A stretch of DNA of 64,000 nt, taken from NCBI GenBank assembly GCA_047602405.1, contig JASGHJ010000002.1, forward strand, positions 2,528,001-2,592,000, written 5' to 3'. Source of the stretch: Anaeromyxobacteraceae bacterium (GTDB lineage Bacteria > Myxococcota > Myxococcia > Myxococcales > Anaeromyxobacteraceae). This document shows, piece by piece, positions 61,501 through 64,000 of the stretch. The notes below the pieces were generated by a model, which was not told the DNA's origin, made no database searches, and saw nothing but the letters and a program-made list of their open reading frames with translations. Every line of letters starts with the position of its first letter. Positions within the stretch are counted from its first letter, which is position 1. The translations under genes were made by a program, and so were the position numbers.

Positions 61501-62150
61501 TCCTGGTGGCGGGTCCGTAGGGCCGCCTCGCGGGGTCTCTCCGCTCCTCGGGCGCAAGGCAAAGGCCCGCCGCGTCGGGGATCCTGGAGACGGCGCCGAG
61601 GATGGGAAGGCCGCGGCACCACCACGCGCGCCATGCGAGGCGGGGGGAGCGTGGTGATCGACGGGAGCAACAGGTCCTTGATGACTGAGGCGGTGCTGGC
61701 CGCCTCGCATGTCACGCTTGGTGCAGATCGCGGCTCCGATCTCGGGCGGGCCTGCCGGCGCCCTGCGGGGCAGAGAGACCCCGCAGGCGGCCTACGAAGC
61801 GTGGAGATGTGGTGAGGCCGCGAGGACGAGCGACGAAGGCCTCTCCAACGCCAACATAGGCGCTCCCACCGCAACCGCCCCCTGCGGCCGTATCGCTGGG
61901 CCTCTCCGCCCGGAGGGCCCTCGGCAGGCCCGCCCAAGATCGGAGCCGCGATCTGCGCGGAGCGTGCCAGGCGAACAACGGCGCCGTCGCCCTCACCTGC
62001 GCGCCCCGCTCGCCTGGCACGCGTGGACGCGCCGCGGGTCACCATCAGCTCCCTGCCGCCCACCAGGATCCCCTCCGCGGCGGGCCTTTGCCCAAGGGCC
62101 CGAGGACGGAGAGGCCCAGCGAGGAGGCCGCCACGGCGACGCCGGCAGGA
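61501..62150. repeat. About 650-bp nested fold-back made of two inverted units of about 260 bp
   Basis: 61521-61587 pairs with about 62063-62129; 61723-61757 pairs with 61922-61956; each unit also has its own terminal IR. Confidence 0.88.
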
Positions 62151-62185
62151 ATGCCGGGAGACGCCGACGGGAGACGCCGGCAGGT

Positions 62186-62935
62186 TCAGCTCTTGAGGAA
62201 GAAGCGGGCCGCGGCCACGAGGCCGATGGAGATCGCGATCCCGCGCATCAGCGTGGGCGAGAGGCGCTGCGCGAAGTGCGCGCCCACGAACCCGCCCACG
62301 ATGGACGCGACCGCCATGACGCCGGCCTCGAGCCAGTGCACGTCGCCGACGATCACGAACAGGCTCGCCGCCATGGTGTTCGTGAAGAGGGCGTTCAGGT
62401 TCTTGAGCGCGTTCGCGTGCTGCTGGCCCTCCCTGAGGAGGAGCCCCATGGCCGCGAGCATCAGGATGCCGATGCCGGCGCCGAAGTAGCCGCCGTAGAT
62501 CGAGATCAGGAGCTGCGCGAGCCAGAGCGCGGCCGGGTGGTTACCGTGGGGCCACCGCGCGAGCGCCGCCTTGAGCGGGTTCTGCAGTGCGAGGAGCAGG
62601 CAGGCGAAGAGGATGAGCCACGGCACCACGAGCGCGAAGACCTTGCCGGGCAGGAGCAACAAGAGGGACGACCCGATGATCCCGCCGATGAGCGACGGGA
62701 CCGCGAAGAAGACCACCCGGTGGCGCATCTCGCCGATGTGCCCGCGGTAGGCGAGCGCGGAGGCGACCTGGCCCGGGTAGAGCGCGATCGTGCTCGTCAC
62801 GTTCGCCGAGACCGGCGTGAGGCCCGCCGCGAGCAGCGACGGGAAGGTCACGAGCGTGCCGCCGCCGGCCACGGCGTTCATCGAGCCGGCCAGGGCGGCG
62901 GAGCCTGCGATCAGGGCGGCGGTCCCGGGCGTCAC
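62186..62935 (-). CDS. Sulfite exporter TauE/SafE family permease
   Basis: NAVAGGGTLVTFP, IYGGYFGAGIGI, ANALKN. Confidence 0.88.
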   Translation of the reverse strand: MTPGTAALIAGSAALAGSMNAVAGGGTLVTFPSLLAAGLTPVSANVTSTIALYPGQVASALAYRGHIGEMRHRVVFFAVPSLIGGIIGSSLLLLLPGKVFALVVPWLILFACLLLALQNPLKAALARWPHGNHPAALWLAQLLISIYGGYFGAGIGILMLAAMGLLLREGQQHANALKNLNALFTNTMAASLFVIVGDVHWLEAGVMAVASIVGGFVGAHFAQRLSPTLMRGIAISIGLVAAARFFLKS

Positions 62936-62960
62936 GGACGTGAGGGTATAAGATGTGGGC

Positions 62961-63179
62961 ATGGCCCTCACCACCGATCGCGGCGAGATCCTCCACTTCT
63001 GCGGGCGGCACGCCCTCTCACCCGCGGTCCGCGACGGCGCGCCCGCCCTGGCGGGCCACGGCGACGGCGCCGGCCGCTGCGGCTGGGCGCGGTTCTTCGA
63101 GGCGATGGCGGAGCGCGGGGTCGGGTTGAAGGTCCCGGACCCCGAGTCCGAGGCGGCGACGTTCGAGAAGCTGTCCTGA
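62961..63179 (+). CDS. Small hypothetical protein
   Basis: Short ORF with GC3 bias filling the gap between tauE and rnr. Confidence 0.5.
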   Translation: MALTTDRGEILHFCGRHALSPAVRDGAPALAGHGDGAGRCGWARFFEAMAERGVGLKVPDPESEAATFEKLS

Positions 63180-63186
63180 GCCCCTC

Positions 63187-64000
63187 TTAGCGCCGCCGCT
63201 TCTTCCCCCTGCCCTGCTCGCGGTGGCCTTCGCCGCGGCGCTGCGACTTGCCGCCGCCAGGCTGCTTTCCCGAAGGCGCGGGGCCTCGCCCCGCCTTCCC
63301 GCCGCGCGGGGCCTGCTTGCCGCCCTTGCGCCGCTCGGCGAGCGCGTCCGCGAGCCGCCGCGGCGGGCCGCCCGGCGCGGTCTCGCCGCGCCGTCCGCGC
63401 GGCGCCTCGGGCCACGCCCCGGCCTCCTGGCGAGCCCGGACCTCGCCCGCCGCGTTGACCGGGGCGAGCTCGATACGCCGCCTGAGGAGCGACACCGAGA
63501 GGATCTCCACGTGCAGGGCGTCGCCGACCCGGTAGGCGCGGCCGCTCGCGGCGTCCACGAGCGCGTGCTGCACCGGGTCGAGCCGCACCTCCGCGCCGAG
63601 CTCCTCGGCGCGCACCATGCCCTCCACGAAGAACGGGCGCAGCTCGACGAACACCCCCGGCTCGGCCACGGCGGCGATGAGGCCGTCGAACCGCTCGCCG
63701 ACCTTGTCCTTCATGAAGAGCGCCGCGTAGAACGCCGCGATCTCGCGCTCGCCCTCCATGGCGGCGCGCTCGCGGTCCGAGGAGAGCGCCGCGAGCTCGG
63801 CGAGCGCCGGCTCGGGCGTCCGCTTCACGTTGCGGCCCTGCCGGATGGCCCACTCCTCCTTCAGCAGCCGGTGCACGAGGAGGTCCGGGTAGCGGCGGAT
63901 CGGCGAGGTGAAGTGCAGGTAGTGCTCGGCGGCGAGGCCGTAGTGGCCGATGTTCTCGGTCGCGTACACCGCCTGCATCATCGCGCGCAGGAGGAGCTGG
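63187..64000 (-). CDS. rnr: Ribonuclease R, 3' part (RNB end, S1 domain, basic tail)
   Basis: GHYGLA..YLHFTSPIRRYPDLLVHR, S1 domain, K/R-rich tail. Confidence 0.92.
   Translation of the reverse strand, partial: QLLLRAMMQAVYATENIGHYGLAAEHYLHFTSPIRRYPDLLVHRLLKEEWAIRQGRNVKRTPEPALAELAALSSDRERAAMEGEREIAAFYAALFMKDKVGERFDGLIAAVAEPGVFVELRPFFVEGMVRAEELGAEVRLDPVQHALVDAASGRAYRVGDALHVEILSVSLLRRRIELAPVNAAGEVRARQEAGAWPEAPRGRRGETAPGGPPRRLADALAERRKGGKQAPRGGKAGRGPAPSGKQPGGGKSQRRGEGHREQGRGKKRRR

Noticed and set aside
61428..62489. Short ORFs across the fold-back region (also those across 17147-17843)
   Set aside because: No codon bias, RBS or motifs; similar peptides on opposite strands are explained by the inverted repeats

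Overview
Very GC-rich bacterial chromosomal window. Gene content and order point to an Anaeromyxobacter-like myxobacterium (rpoE1/anti-sigma/frzS; valS-romR-cheW-GGDEF-groEL without groES). Most of it is housekeeping, motility/polarity and transport: rlmI, murJ, coaX, birA, nadC, valS, groEL, a Clp ATPase, chrA, nadD, namZ, mutS2, a Liv-type ABC operon with a porin, and the 3' end of rnr. No rRNA, tRNA, CRISPR array or transposase was recognised. Standout observations: (1) an accessory five-gene module of ECF sigma, zinc-finger anti-sigma, exported caspase-like protease with a possible OM-barrel tail, RCC1 lipoprotein and a divergent DUF5666 lipoprotein, with one bipartite motif (GTGTCsCA-N13-CGGTGT) facing each transcription unit; (2) two large non-coding fold-back elements of about 400 and 650 bp between convergent genes; (3) a 4x67-bp hairpin array; (4) a histone-H1-like ORF with its own strong RBS nested in frame in the valS 3' end; (5) a candidate sRNA downstream of groEL. 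Single-base frameshifts in birA and a hybrid kinase suggest indel errors in the assembly. All calls come from reading the sequence and recalling protein families; no searches were run.
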